The translations under genes were made by a program, and so were the position numbers. A stretch of 64,000 nt of DNA, taken from assembly GCF_003334385.1 (NCBI RefSeq), contig NZ_QOWN01000022.1. One strand, given 5' to 3'. The notes beneath the pieces were generated by a model. That model did not search any database and was not told the origin of the DNA. It saw only the letters and a program-made list of their open reading frames with translations. Below are positions 35,386 through 46,922 of this stretch, piece by piece (position 1 is the first letter of the stretch; the number at the start of each line of letters is the position of its first letter). Source of the DNA: Escherichia coli (GTDB lineage Bacteria; Pseudomonadota; Gammaproteobacteria; Enterobacterales; Enterobacteriaceae).

Positions 35386-36695
35386 CAGATACCTCGCGTC
35401 CAGGGAAAATTGAGCGCGGTGCGCGCCAGCGTTTCGACGGCAATAGCGAGAACCTGCTCGTCAAAATCGAATTTTTCGTTGTGATGACCTGCCGCCAGCT
35501 GTGTGCCAAACACCACGTAGGAGGCTTGCCCTTGATGTTGCTGCACGCGGGCCATCATTAATGTGGCATCTTCGGAACCCGCAGGCGCTTCAACACGTTC
35601 AATGGCCTGATTGACCCCCGCGACCTGAGCCGCCTGACTTTGCAACCATGCGACCCATTGCGGCGAAGGAGAACTGGCGGTAGCTGCACCCATCAGACGA
35701 GTTTCAACGCCGACACCATACATGGTTGCTGCGCCCTGAATCGCTTGTTGTGCACGGTCAAAAACATATTGATTAATGACGTCGCTGGCCCCGCGTGTTT
35801 CCACTTTCAGCAACGCCGAGGCAGGAACAACGTTACGACCGCTTCCTGCCTGCATAACGCCCACGTTTACTCTGGAAGCTCCTTCGCTGTGCGGGGCGAT
35901 TGCATGCAGTGCAAGAGTGGCTTGTGCTGCCGCCAACAAGGCATTGTGACCGTCTTCTGGTTTTGCGCCTGCGTGAGCGGCGGTACCGGTGAAGTGCGCG
36001 TCAAATTTGGTGGTTGCCATAAAATTATCACTGCCGCACACCACGGTGCCCGCAGGTACGCCAGTGCCAATGTGCACGGCAGTAAAATAATCAACATCAT
36101 CTACGACACCTGCATCGACCATCGCCCGCGCGCCACGCGTACCTTCCTCTGCAGGCTGAAAAATCAGTTTGATGACGCCATGTAGTCCGGACTCGAACTG
36201 TTTAAGGGTATGCGCCAGCCCAAGCCCAATGGCGGTATGTCCATCATGACCACAGGCATGCATCATTCCGGCGTTACATGACGCAAAACCGTCGCGGTAG
36301 GGGCGATGGCTGACATCCTGCTCTTCACTGAGATCCAGCGCGTCCATATCGACACGGAAAGCCATCACCGGACCGGGGCGACCGGTATCCAGGGTGGCGA
36401 CGATACCAGTGAAACCACCTTCAAAAGCCGCAATCCATTGTGCTAGCGCACCCTGTTGACGAGCGCGCTCGAATTCGCGTTGTAGAGTGAATTCATCAGG
36501 TAATCCCATCCGGCTACTTTCATTAACTACTTCGCGACCCAGCGCCAGTGAATAGCCGAGCTGGTGCAATTCTTCCGCAACAAGGGTGGCAGTGCGGAAT
36601 TCCACCCAGCCAGACTCTGCATAGTGATGAAAATCACGTCGCCAGTGCGATAATTTTGGGGCAAGCGAATTAACAAATTGATTCAAAGACTCCAT
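35385..36695 (-). CDS. abgA: p-aminobenzoyl-glutamate hydrolase subunit A (M20 peptidase)
   Basis: ORF track 35385..36710; start MESLNQFVNSLAPK. Confidence 0.9.
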   Translation of the reverse strand: MESLNQFVNSLAPKLSHWRRDFHHYAESGWVEFRTATLVAEELHQLGYSLALGREVVNESSRMGLPDEFTLQREFERARQQGALAQWIAAFEGGFTGIVATLDTGRPGPVMAFRVDMDALDLSEEQDVSHRPYRDGFASCNAGMMHACGHDGHTAIGLGLAHTLKQFESGLHGVIKLIFQPAEEGTRGARAMVDAGVVDDVDYFTAVHIGTGVPAGTVVCGSDNFMATTKFDAHFTGTAAHAGAKPEDGHNALLAAAQATLALHAIAPHSEGASRVNVGVMQAGSGRNVVPASALLKVETRGASDVINQYVFDRAQQAIQGAATMYGVGVETRLMGAATASSPSPQWVAWLQSQAAQVAGVNQAIERVEAPAGSEDATLMMARVQQHQGQASYVVFGTQLAAGHHNEKFDFDEQVLAIAVETLARTALNFPWTRGI

Positions 36696-36870
36696 AACCT
36701 TTCCCGTCATCAGTAAAAAGTGTGACCCGGTTCACGTAGCGATAGTTTTTACTTATCACTAACTGATTTTTCACAGTTTTAACCGTTCATAAATTACCCT
36801 GACACAATCATCTGCATTAAAGTAGATGCCAGTTTCTTTGGTCTGATAAATAACGGTTATCGGTGGCGTC

Positions 36871-37779
36871 ATGGCTTTTCAGGTAAAAATTCATCAAATT
36901 CGGGCTTTTGTTGAAGTGGCTCGTCAGGGCAGCATTCGCGGAGCGAGCCGAATGTTGAATATGTCGCAACCGGCACTGAGTAAATCTATTCAGGAGCTAG
37001 AAGAAGGGTTAGCGGCGCAACTCTTTTTTCGCCGTAGTAAAGGCGTGACGTTAACTGATGCCGGTGAAAGTTTTTATCAGCACGCCAGTCTAATTCTTGA
37101 AGAGCTGCGCGCAGCCCAAGAGGATATTCGCCAACGACAAGGGCAACTGGCAGGGCAGATTAATATCGGCATGGGGGCCAGTATTTCCCGCAGTCTGATG
37201 CCAGCTGTCATATCTCGTTTTCATCAGCAGCATCCGCAGGTAAAAGTACGCATTATGGAAGGGCAACTGGTGTCGATGATTAATGAATTGCGTCAGGGAG
37301 AATTGGATTTCACCATCAATACCTATTATCAGGGACCGTACGACCACGAATTTACTTTTGAGAAATTACTGGAAAAGCAATTCGCGATCTTTTGCCGCCC
37401 GGGACACCCCGCCATTGGTGCCCGTTCGATCAAACAGTTACTGGATTACAGCTGGACAATGCCGACGCCACACGGCAGCTACTACAAACAGTTGAGTGAA
37501 TTGCTTGACGATCAGGCGCAAACGCCACAGGTCGGTGTAGTCTGCGAGACGTTCTCAGCCTGTATCAGTCTGGTGGCAAAAAGCGATTTTCTCAGCATAC
37601 TGCCTGAAGAAATGGGCTGCGATCCCTTGCACGGACAGGAGCTGGTGATGTTGCCGGTTAGCGAAATTTTACCGAAAGCGGCCTATTATTTGATTCAGCG
37701 GCGTGATAGTCGCCAGACACCACTGACCGCGTCATTAATCACGCAATTCCGGCGAGAATGCGGCTATCTGCAAAGTTAA
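36871..37779 (+). CDS. abgR: LysR-family regulator
   Basis: 302-aa ORF divergent from abgA, LysR HTH. Confidence 0.9.
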   Translation: MAFQVKIHQIRAFVEVARQGSIRGASRMLNMSQPALSKSIQELEEGLAAQLFFRRSKGVTLTDAGESFYQHASLILEELRAAQEDIRQRQGQLAGQINIGMGASISRSLMPAVISRFHQQHPQVKVRIMEGQLVSMINELRQGELDFTINTYYQGPYDHEFTFEKLLEKQFAIFCRPGHPAIGARSIKQLLDYSWTMPTPHGSYYKQLSELLDDQAQTPQVGVVCETFSACISLVAKSDFLSILPEEMGCDPLHGQELVMLPVSEILPKAAYYLIQRRDSRQTPLTASLITQFRRECGYLQS

Positions 37780-37785
37780 AACTGC

Positions 37786-37881
37786 ATAAAAAAATAGAGT
37801 CTGTCGACATCCGCCAGACTCTACAGTACACACAGCAGTGCATCCGCGTCTTAAATCCGGCATTGTCTCCTCTGCGCCGGT
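37786..37881 (-). ncRNA. mcaS: Hfq-dependent small RNA McaS (IsrA)
   Basis: minus-strand sequence ACCGGCGCAGAGGAGACAATGCCGGATTTAAGACGCGGATGCACTG...GTCGACAGACTCTATTTTTTT matches recalled McaS, ends in hairpin plus U-run; located between abgR and smrA. Confidence 0.8.
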
Positions 37882-38108
37882 GACTGTGTTATAACGGTTT
37901 TAACCTTTAGTTGCCAATTTTCTTCAGTGACAGATTTCACGAAAATATAAGTTACATTATTAATATCGTGAATGAATAATCATGCATAAGTATTTTGCTT
38001 AAAATATCGGCAATATTTGGAACTTATTACTGGAAATTTGGGTAATACGTTGTTGGACCGACCCGGTCTGGTTATCATATCGCGCTCTTAATTGCGGGAG
38101 GATGTAAC

Positions 38109-38672
38109 ATGAACCTTGACGACAAATCGCTGTTTCTTGACGCCATGGAAGATGTCCAGCCGCTGAAACGTGCTACCGATGTCCACTGGCATCCAACGCG
38201 TAACCAACGTGCGCCGCAGCGTATCGACACGCTGCAGCTTGATAATTTCCTCACCACCGGATTTCTCGACATCATCCCACTAAGTCAGCCGCTGGAGTTT
38301 CGGCGGGAAGGGTTGCAACATGGGGTGCTGGATAAGCTGCGCAGTGGTAAATATCCGCAACAGGCGAGCCTGAATCTTTTGCGCCAGCCGGTGGAAGAGT
38401 GCCGCAAAATGGTGTTCAGTTTTATTCAACAAGCCCTGGCGGATGGTTTGCGTAACGTGCTGATTATTCATGGTAAAGGGCGGGATGATAAATCGCATGC
38501 CAATATTGTCCGCAGCTATGTGGCGCGCTGGCTGACCGAATTTGATGATGTTCAGGCATATTGCACCGCGCTACCGCATCATGGCGGCAGCGGGGCGTGT
38601 TACGTCGCACTACGTAAAACGGCGCAGGCGAAGCAAGAAAACTGGGAGCGCCACGCTAAGCGCAGTCGTTGA
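38109..38672 (+). CDS. smrA: Smr-domain DNA endonuclease
   Basis: 187-aa ORF; synteny. Confidence 0.88.
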   Translation: MNLDDKSLFLDAMEDVQPLKRATDVHWHPTRNQRAPQRIDTLQLDNFLTTGFLDIIPLSQPLEFRREGLQHGVLDKLRSGKYPQQASLNLLRQPVEECRKMVFSFIQQALADGLRNVLIIHGKGRDDKSHANIVRSYVARWLTEFDDVQAYCTALPHHGGSGACYVALRKTAQAKQENWERHAKRSR

Positions 38673-38692
38673 TCTCGAGACGCATCCGCGGC

Positions 38693-39925
38693 TTATGCCG
38701 CCAGCACGCGGTTGCGTCCATCATTTTTCGCCCGATACAAAGCATCATCAACGCGTTTAAACAGTTCATCGATGCTTTCATTTCCTTCGTGATGCGCCAC
38801 ACCAATGCTGACGGTAAAGCGTGGTAAGCCCGAAATACTCACTTTTGCCACGCTTACGCGGATAGTTTCAGCCAGCGAAAGCGCGGTATCCAGTGGGGTT
38901 CTTGGTAGCAATAAGACAAACTCTTCGCCTCCCCAACGAAACACCAAATCGCCTTTGCGAGCGCAACTTTCGAGGGTGCGGGCGAGGGCGCATAACACCT
39001 CATCACCTTTAGAATGCCCATAGAGATCGTTAATGTGTTTAAAACGATCGGTGTCGATGAGCAACAAGCTGTAATCCTGAGCGATGGCGAGATGCTGCAT
39101 TTGGCCTGGTTCCGTAATGTGATAAAACTGTCGCCGATTCAGTAATCCGGTCATCGCGTCATGGTGAGCAGCATGTTCCAGCTGCTCCTCCAGCCGTTTT
39201 TGCTCAGTAATATCATGCACAATACATAACATGAGCTTGTCGCCATAAATTTCAATCGGTCCGGCATAGGTCTGCACATGACGAGTCGAACCATCCGCCA
39301 GTTTATGAACAAAATTCAAAGGTTTATGACCACCGGGTAAATGCGAGATTTCATGCATGATAGGCATGACGCGACGCCCGAGCATATTTATTTCCCAGGT
39401 ATGTTTCTGGCACATCGTTTCATGGTTATAACCATAGAAATTGAGCGCGGCGAGGTTAGCATCGACGATTTGTCCATCTCGTGACGGGTCAATCAACAAC
39501 ATTGGTGCAGAGTTAGTCAGAAAAAAGCGCGCATAAAAACCTTGTTTTTTGCGCTGATAATTTGCCGAGCGACTGGCTTTTAAACCCAGCGTTGCCGGCG
39601 CTTCGATACCTTCGAAAATAATCACCGGTTCTGTTTCTGTCAGCTTTCGCAAAACAAGCCGACAGCTCAATGCTGTTTCCTCTTCTTTACGCTGAACAGT
39701 GAGGATTTCGATAATATCGTGTTGGTTTTGCAGATCGGAGAGGTATTTCGGCAGTTCTTTTTGTGAGGAGACGGAATAGGGTCCGGTTCGTAGCTGACTA
39801 AACGTGAGGTCTTGCATCAACAGTTTCGCCGCGCTATTGGCATAAATTAACTGTTCCTCAAAGGGCGAAACGATCCAGACAGGACTGGTGAGTAAGTCCA
39901 GGGTATTGAAGTTGTGCGTAATCAT
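38693..39925 (-). CDS. dgcM: diguanylate cyclase with PAS domains (GGDEF)
   Basis: ORF track 38693..39985; GGEEF motif (RWGGEEF); start MITHNFNTLD. Confidence 0.9.
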   Translation of the reverse strand: MITHNFNTLDLLTSPVWIVSPFEEQLIYANSAAKLLMQDLTFSQLRTGPYSVSSQKELPKYLSDLQNQHDIIEILTVQRKEEETALSCRLVLRKLTETEPVIIFEGIEAPATLGLKASRSANYQRKKQGFYARFFLTNSAPMLLIDPSRDGQIVDANLAALNFYGYNHETMCQKHTWEINMLGRRVMPIMHEISHLPGGHKPLNFVHKLADGSTRHVQTYAGPIEIYGDKLMLCIVHDITEQKRLEEQLEHAAHHDAMTGLLNRRQFYHITEPGQMQHLAIAQDYSLLLIDTDRFKHINDLYGHSKGDEVLCALARTLESCARKGDLVFRWGGEEFVLLLPRTPLDTALSLAETIRVSVAKVSISGLPRFTVSIGVAHHEGNESIDELFKRVDDALYRAKNDGRNRVLAA

Positions 39926-40158
39926 TGAGATCCCGTTATTTTTATCAATTTTTGTTGCTATCCGATCGCAAAAAAGCCACGTCATATGATCAGATAATTC
40001 TGATAATGATAGACGCTATTTAACACTTCACACGGTTTGTATACGGAAAAGCATTTTGCTTTTTGTATTCAATTTAGACAGAATTTTATTAATCATTTCA
40101 GGGTAATGGGGTGATGAGATGTTGCGTAACAGGGCCAGAAGGCTAGACTACAAAATAA

Positions 40159-41163
<1,005 letters not shown>

Positions 41164-41208
41164 CAAAAGCAATTTTTCCGGCTGTCTGTATACAAAAACG
41201 CCGCAAAG

Positions 41209-41222
41209 TTTGAGCGAAGTCA
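41209..41222. promoter_or_regulatory. FNR-binding site for fnrS promoter
   Basis: TTGAG-N4-GTCAA (consensus TTGAT-N4-ATCAA) centred about 43 nt upstream of FnrS 5' end. Confidence 0.6.
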
Positions 41223-41258
41223 ATAAACTCTCTACCCATTCAGGGCAATATCTCTCTT

Positions 41259-41380
41259 GCAGGTGAATGCAACGTCAAGCGATGGGCGTTGCGCTCCATA
41301 TTGTCTTACTTCCTTTTTTGAATTACTGCATAGCACAATTGATTCGTACGACGCCGACTTTGATGAGTCGGCTTTTTTTT
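41259..41380 (+). ncRNA. fnrS: FNR-activated small RNA FnrS
   Basis: GCAGGTGAATGCAACGTCAAGCGATGGGCGTTGCGCTCC...GACTTTGATGAGTCGGCTTTTTTTT matches recalled FnrS; terminal hairpin plus U8; between zntB and dbpA. Confidence 0.8.
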
Positions 41381-41437
41381 GCCTGTTATTTATCAGCGTC
41401 TACCCTTTAAGAGTCCACCCAATGACCAGAGGGAAAT

Positions 41438-41611
41438 ATGACGACACTTATTTATTTGCAAATTCCTGTCCCTGAACCGATTCCTGGCGATCCTGTTCCA
41501 GTGCCCGATCCGATCCCTCGCCCGCAACCCATGCCTGACCCACCACCCGATGAAGAACCGATTAAATTGTCGCATCGTGAGCGTAGATCTGCGAGGATAC
41601 GCGCCTGCTAA
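41438..41611 (+). CDS. small proline-rich ORF (57 aa) downstream of FnrS
   Basis: ATG 41438 preceded by AGAGGGAAAT RBS; MTTLIYLQIPVPEPIPGDPVPVPDPIPRPQPMPDPPPDEEP...; below the 60-aa ORF-track cutoff. Confidence 0.4.
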   Translation: MTTLIYLQIPVPEPIPGDPVPVPDPIPRPQPMPDPPPDEEPIKLSHRERRSARIRAC

Positions 41612-41640
41612 CTTTGCGTCGATGACCACGAGAATAGATT

Positions 41641-43014
41641 GTGACCGCTTTTTCTACCCTGAATGTTTTGCCTCCCGCCCAACTCACGAACCTTAATGAG
41701 TTGGGTTATTTAACCATGACGCCGGTGCAGGCCGCCGCGCTTCCGGCGATCCTTGCCGGAAAAGATGTTCGCGTGCAGGCGAAAACCGGCAGCGGCAAAA
41801 CGGCGGCTTTTGGCCTCGGCTTGTTACAGCAAATTGATGCGTCGCTATTTCAAACCCAGGCTTTAGTGCTGTGTCCTACGCGTGAACTGGCGGATCAGGT
41901 GGCAGGTGAATTGCGTCGGCTGGCGCGTTTTCTGCCAAATACCAAAATTTTGACGTTGTGCGGTGGTCAACCGTTCGGTATGCAGCGTGATTCGTTGCAA
42001 CATGCGCCGCATATTATCGTGGCAACGCCGGGGCGTTTGCTGGATCACCTGCAAAAAGGCACGGTATCACTGGATGCGTTGAATACGCTGGTGATGGATG
42101 AGGCCGACCGCATGCTGGATATGGGATTTAGCGATGCCATTGATGATGTCATCCGTTTTGCGCCTGCATCTCGACAGACGCTTCTGTTTTCGGCAACCTG
42201 GCCGGAAGCCATCGCTGCAATCAGCGGACGAGTGCAACGCGATCCTTTGGCGATTGAAATTGACTCAACAGATGCTTTGCCACCCATTGAACAACAATTT
42301 TATGAGACATCCAGCAAAGGCAAAATTCCTCTGTTGCAACGGTTATTAAGCTTGCATCAGCCATCCTCTTGCGTGGTGTTTTGCAATACCAAAAAAGATT
42401 GCCAGGCTGTCTGCGACGCGCTGAATGAAGTAGGGCAAAGTGCATTGTCATTACACGGCGATTTGGAGCAACGCGATCGCGATCAGACCCTGGTACGTTT
42501 TGCTAACGGTAGCGCCCGTGTACTGGTCGCGACTGATGTTGCTGCGCGTGGTCTGGATATTAAATCGCTTGAGCTGGTGGTGAACTTTGAGCTGGCGTGG
42601 GACCCTGAAGTTCATGTACATCGCATCGGTCGTACAGCTCGTGCAGGAAATAGCGGTCTGGCGATCAGTTTCTGTGCTCCGGAAGAAGCACAGCGGGCCA
42701 ATATCATTTCTGACATGTTGCAGATAAAACTTAACTGGCAAACGCCGCCAGCTAATAGTTCCATTGCGACGCTGGAAGCAGAAATGGCAACGTTGTGTAT
42801 CGATGGCGGGAAAAAAGCCAAAATGCGCCCGGGTGATGTATTAGGTGCACTGACAGGAGATATCGGGCTTGATGGCGCAGATATTGGCAAAATCGCCGTG
42901 CATCCGGCGCATGTCTATGTCGCGGTCCGTCAGGCTGTTGCTCATAAAGCATGGAAACAGTTACAGGGCGGGAAGATTAAAGGAAAAACGTGCCGGGTGC
43001 GGTTATTAAAATAA
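41641..43014 (+). CDS. dbpA: ATP-dependent DEAD-box RNA helicase DbpA
   Basis: 457-aa ORF (GTG start) with Walker A AKTGSGKT, DEAD box MDEAD, SAT motif. Confidence 0.93.
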   Translation: MTAFSTLNVLPPAQLTNLNELGYLTMTPVQAAALPAILAGKDVRVQAKTGSGKTAAFGLGLLQQIDASLFQTQALVLCPTRELADQVAGELRRLARFLPNTKILTLCGGQPFGMQRDSLQHAPHIIVATPGRLLDHLQKGTVSLDALNTLVMDEADRMLDMGFSDAIDDVIRFAPASRQTLLFSATWPEAIAAISGRVQRDPLAIEIDSTDALPPIEQQFYETSSKGKIPLLQRLLSLHQPSSCVVFCNTKKDCQAVCDALNEVGQSALSLHGDLEQRDRDQTLVRFANGSARVLVATDVAARGLDIKSLELVVNFELAWDPEVHVHRIGRTARAGNSGLAISFCAPEEAQRANIISDMLQIKLNWQTPPANSSIATLEAEMATLCIDGGKKAKMRPGDVLGALTGDIGLDGADIGKIAVHPAHVYVAVRQAVAHKAWKQLQGGKIKGKTCRVRLLK

Positions 43015-43039
43015 TGAAATGTTGAATTGCCGGGTGCAA

Positions 43040-43140
43040 GAGTAAACATCTTATTCGGGATTGCCGGATGCGACGCTGGCCGCGTCTTATCCGGCCTCCA
43101 TAAGAGTAGCCCGATACGCTTGCGCATCGGGCGCTATCCT
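43040..43140. repeat. REP-like palindromic element
   Basis: gccggatgcgacgctggccgcgtcttatccggcc between convergent dbpA and ttcA. Confidence 0.55.
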
Positions 43141-43142
43141 GG

Positions 43143-44078
43143 TTATTTCACTTCAACCACATTCAGCCGTAACTCATCCAACTGATTTTCATCTTCTTCT
43201 GGCTGCCAGCACGCCGGTTGTAGTGGGATCTCTTCGCGATCAAACGCCAGATCACCCCCGTTAACCACTTCAGAACCGTGGGTGATGCCTTTGAAATCGA
43301 ACAGGTTGGTATCGCACAGATGCGACGGCACCACATTCTGCATCGCGCTGAACATCGTCTCGATACGCCCTGGATAACGTTTATCCCAGTCACGCAACAT
43401 GTCAGCAATCACCTGACGTTGCAGGTTAGGCTGTGAACCGCACAGGTTGCACGGAATAATCGGGAACGCTTTTGCATCGGCAAATCGCTGAATATCTTTC
43501 TCGCGGCAGTAGGCCAGCGGACGAATAACGATATGTTTGCCATCATCGCTCATCAGTTTCGGAGGCATACCTTTCATCTTACCGCCGTAGAACATATTTA
43601 AGAACAACGTTTGCAGGATATCGTCACGATGGTGACCCAACGCGATCTTCGTCGCCCCCAGTTCCGTTGCGGTACGATAAAGGATACCGCGACGAAGGCG
43701 AGAACACAGTGAGCAAGTGGTTTTGCCCTCTGGAATCTTCTCTTTCACGATACCGTAAGTATTCTCTTCAACAATCTTGTACTCAACGCCCAGCTTTTCA
43801 AGATACTCGGGCAGAACGTGTTCCGGGAAGCCCGGTTGCTTTTGATCGAGGTTAACAGCCACCAGCGAAAAATTGATTGGCGCGCTTTGCTGCAAATTGC
43901 GCAGAATCTCCAGCATGGTATAGCTGTCTTTACCCCCGGAGAGGCAAACCATGATGCGATCGCCTTCTTCAATCATATTGAAGTCAGCAATGGCTTCGCC
44001 CACGTTACGACGCAGACGTTTTTGTAATTTGTTCAGGTTGTATTGTTCTTTCTTTGTAATTTGTTGATTTTCTTGCAT
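43143..44078 (-). CDS. ttcA: tRNA 2-thiocytidine(32) synthetase
   Basis: 311-aa ORF with PP-loop SGGKDS and Cys motifs; 5' end adjoins prophage integrase as in K-12 Rac. Confidence 0.92.
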
Positions 44079-44129
44079 TATTTCAGTTCTCTGGTACTAA
44101 ATGGGGCAAATTGGGGGCAAACTTTGCAA

Positions 44130-45365
44130 CTACGATAACCGCGCATTCAACATGGCTATCTGTTCGTCGTTCATGTCATCAATCCACATACCGTAAATTT
44201 CATACACCATCTGCGCAGTTTCATGCCCCATTTGGCTGGCTATAAATGCCGGGTTCGCTCCTGCCGTCAACAGCCAGCAGGCAAAAGTATGCCGCGTATG
44301 GTACGGATTACGGCGGCGAATACCAGCACGTTTTACTGCTGCATTCCACCTTGCCCCCAAACTGCTTACCGAGTAATAAGGTTTTTGTTTTCCGTTACAC
44401 ACCCTGGGCATGAAAACAAAATGCAGTTTTTGCTTTTCGGTTCTGCCGTACTCCCGATGATAAAAGGTGATTTCGCTTTTGCGATGATGCCCGGTCAGTT
44501 TGTATTGCTCCTTCAGTGCTTCAAGAGCAGGCTGCAGTAGTGTTACTGTTCGGATCCCGGCATTTGTTTTTGGGGGACCGAACATATCAAGTATCGTCAG
44601 GTTTCTTCTGACATTCACTATTCCCTTTTCGAGATCCACATCCTCCCACGCCAGAGCTGCCAGTTCCCCGTGACGAAGTCCTGAGTAAACGGCAAATTTC
44701 CACAAGTTCTGGCTCTGTCCTTTTTCACTTTCCATTAATGCATTGAATTCTGTTTTAGATAACGGATCAGGCTTTATTCTGTTTCGCTGTAATTTTTTTA
44801 CTCCTTCAAATGGTTTGGTTGATATAAATCCCGACTGATACGCAAAACGCAACAGCGAACAGAGCAGGGCGATATAGTTATCAACTGTGCGCACGGTTCT
44901 TCCTTTTTTGTTGGATCTTGGATTATCCAGGTAAAGCGTTTCTCCATGCAGCAGTTCATTCCGGTAGTTTAAGATATCGCTATAACGAATATGTGATATC
45001 GGGGTACTTTCACAAATTATTATTCTGAGTGTTTTTAATTGTGATTTCGTTTTCTTCATTGTGTTTGTTGTTAACTCTGTCTCTTTAATTTTTGTCCAGA
45101 TATCACAAAGCTCTCCGAACGTTTTTATGACTCTCGTTGTCACCATTTTTGCCCCAGTGCTGGACTGGGGAAAACGTCTTAAATACTCAAATTCACCGGA
45201 GTTTATTTCATGAACTATCAGCGCTCTTAAATTTCCGGCCTTTTTAATATTACTGTTTGTAATCTCCCAGCCTTTTAATGTTTCCCGACATCGTTTTCCT
45301 CGAAACATGAACCAGATGCGAATGTATCTACCTCTAATCTCGACACCTGTTGGTAATTTAGACAT
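44130..45365 (-). CDS. intR: prophage tyrosine integrase
   Basis: 411-aa ORF with C-terminal recombinase motifs (HTRHTFA ... Y). Confidence 0.9.
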   Translation of the reverse strand: MSKLPTGVEIRGRYIRIWFMFRGKRCRETLKGWEITNSNIKKAGNLRALIVHEINSGEFEYLRRFPQSSTGAKMVTTRVIKTFGELCDIWTKIKETELTTNTMKKTKSQLKTLRIIICESTPISHIRYSDILNYRNELLHGETLYLDNPRSNKKGRTVRTVDNYIALLCSLLRFAYQSGFISTKPFEGVKKLQRNRIKPDPLSKTEFNALMESEKGQSQNLWKFAVYSGLRHGELAALAWEDVDLEKGIVNVRRNLTILDMFGPPKTNAGIRTVTLLQPALEALKEQYKLTGHHRKSEITFYHREYGRTEKQKLHFVFMPRVCNGKQKPYYSVSSLGARWNAAVKRAGIRRRNPYHTRHTFACWLLTAGANPAFIASQMGHETAQMVYEIYGMWIDDMNDEQIAMLNARLS

Positions 45366-45366
45366 A

Positions 45367-45582
45367 TCATGAGTCTTTGATAAACTGATTTATCTTTGGA
45401 TAGTTGTACCAGATAATCCCTCGTTTGCTGTCTGGCTTACCTAAAGGAGATACTCGTTTGAAGTGGAAGCCCTCCACCCAACAGTTCTGGCGGTATGCTT
45501 CAATTTGTCTGGCCCCCAGACCAGTGCGAAGCATCAGGCCGTATTCAACCATCCACTCTTCATTAAAGATTACTTGTGCCAT
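45367..45582 (-). CDS. xisR: prophage excisionase-like protein
   Basis: small ORF directly upstream of int (ORF track 45367..45606). Confidence 0.65.
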   Translation of the reverse strand: MAQVIFNEEWMVEYGLMLRTGLGARQIEAYRQNCWVEGFHFKRVSPLGKPDSKRGIIWYNYPKINQFIKDS

Positions 45583-45660
45583 CGCATCACCTCTGGCAGG
45601 CGCCAATGTTAGACTGAAATTGACGCCCGATGTTGATTATTAATAATCAGCTATGAAGTT

Positions 45661-45870
45661 TTAATTTGAATACAATGCAATTCTCGAGGACTGAAGTTTC
45701 TCGCAATTAAAATTTATCAGTTTTACTTTCTGCTCTCTGGAAACGCCTGCTTCTTTTTTACCTGAGAGCATTTTTTCGCATTCTGATTTCGTTAGTTTAG
45801 ATTTTGAATATCTTGTCCAGTTAGTAGGAGTGCCACCTTCCTTTTCAATAGTGGCGGTAATTTTATACAT
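45661..45870 (-). CDS. ydaC: Rac prophage small protein
   Basis: 69-aa reading from internal Met MYKITATIEKEGG of ORF 45661..45942. Confidence 0.6.
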   Translation of the reverse strand: MYKITATIEKEGGTPTNWTRYSKSKLTKSECEKMLSGKKEAGVSREQKVKLINFNCEKLQSSRIALYSN

Positions 45871-46057
45871 GAACACCTCCATTATTATTTCCAGTGGTTC
45901 GTTTATTCCATCTTTCGAGTGCTTCTTTTTCACTTCCACCATAACCGGTTCGGGATTCGCATCCGTTACACTTCGCTCGGTAATATCCTGAAATGGCTTT
46001 CACCGTTACTGATGGACAACCACAAAATGGACATGGTTTAACATTGTCATATCTCAT
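45863..46057 (-). CDS. ralR: restriction alleviation protein Lar/RalR
   Basis: ORF track 45863..46069; Cys-rich MRYDNVKPCPFCGC...CNGC. Confidence 0.7.
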   Translation of the reverse strand: MRYDNVKPCPFCGCPSVTVKAISGYYRAKCNGCESRTGYGGSEKEALERWNKRTTGNNNGGVHV

Positions 46058-46112
46058 AATTTTTCTCATAAAAATATTTCAAGTTGGCGGTGCATTACAC
46101 CGCCAGGCTGAA

Positions 46113-46922
46113 TTATTCCTCTGAATTATCGATTACACTGTATTCCCCGGTTAATACAGAGGAATCTGCAGGATCGATTGTCAGTGGTTCCTTTTCATCC
46201 ATTGATACTGCACGCTGGATCTCAATTGATACGGGCAGATATTTGAACAGGCGACGAATAGCCGTTTTCTTTGCCATTTCTTCCCAGTGAGTTACCCACG
46301 GCCCGTTATTACCAGCTTTACTCAGGCTGCGCACCAGCTCAATCTGTTTGCGCGTCATAACTTCAAACTGAGTACCTCCGTCTTTCAGTCTTGCGACAGC
46401 ATAGACGTGGGTAACCGGGGCATCTTCGTTTTCTCCCGGGCGGTGTATTAACTTTTCATCAAGGCCAAATTCGAAGCTAAACTCGTCACCTTCACGGACA
46501 ACACGGGCTGACAGGCTGGCGATTTGACCAGAACGGCGAGCCAGATCAATCATGCCGCGATAGCCAATGATTAGCTGAACGTTCTTTTTACCGCTCTTTT
46601 CGTTTTTATTACCAAAAGGCAGTAAATATGCATGACCGAGGGCGCTACCTGGCTCAAGTCCGAGCTGTGAACACTGTACGATCGCACTGACAAAACTCAT
46701 AGTGTCACAGTTTCCTAACGCCGGAACTTTACGAATTTCTGTGGTGGCGATACGGATCATACGTTCAGCCGTCATATGGCGTGGAAGAGCTGCTGCCAGT
46801 TGCTCTTTCATTGATGGCTGGTTAATAAAACTAATCACGTCGCTATTTTTAACTGCTGCTGGTGCACGGTTTCCCTGAGTTTTTTGCAGATCGGCTTTTG
46901 CGATTGGTGGTTGCTTAGTCAT
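46113..46922 (-). CDS. recT: RecT single-strand annealing recombinase
   Basis: ORF track 46113..46979; recognised RecT start [13 protein letters not shown]. Confidence 0.92.
   Translation of the reverse strand: MTKQPPIAKADLQKTQGNRAPAAVKNSDVISFINQPSMKEQLAAALPRHMTAERMIRIATTEIRKVPALGNCDTMSFVSAIVQCSQLGLEPGSALGHAYLLPFGNKNEKSGKKNVQLIIGYRGMIDLARRSGQIASLSARVVREGDEFSFEFGLDEKLIHRPGENEDAPVTHVYAVARLKDGGTQFEVMTRKQIELVRSLSKAGNNGPWVTHWEEMAKKTAIRRLFKYLPVSIEIQRAVSMDEKEPLTIDPADSSVLTGEYSVIDNSEE

Noticed and set aside
41257-41475. 72-aa ORF starting at the FnrS 5' end
   Set aside because: It coincides with the FnrS small RNA and its terminator; the translated peptide has no features, and only the downstream 57-aa proline-rich ORF has an RBS.
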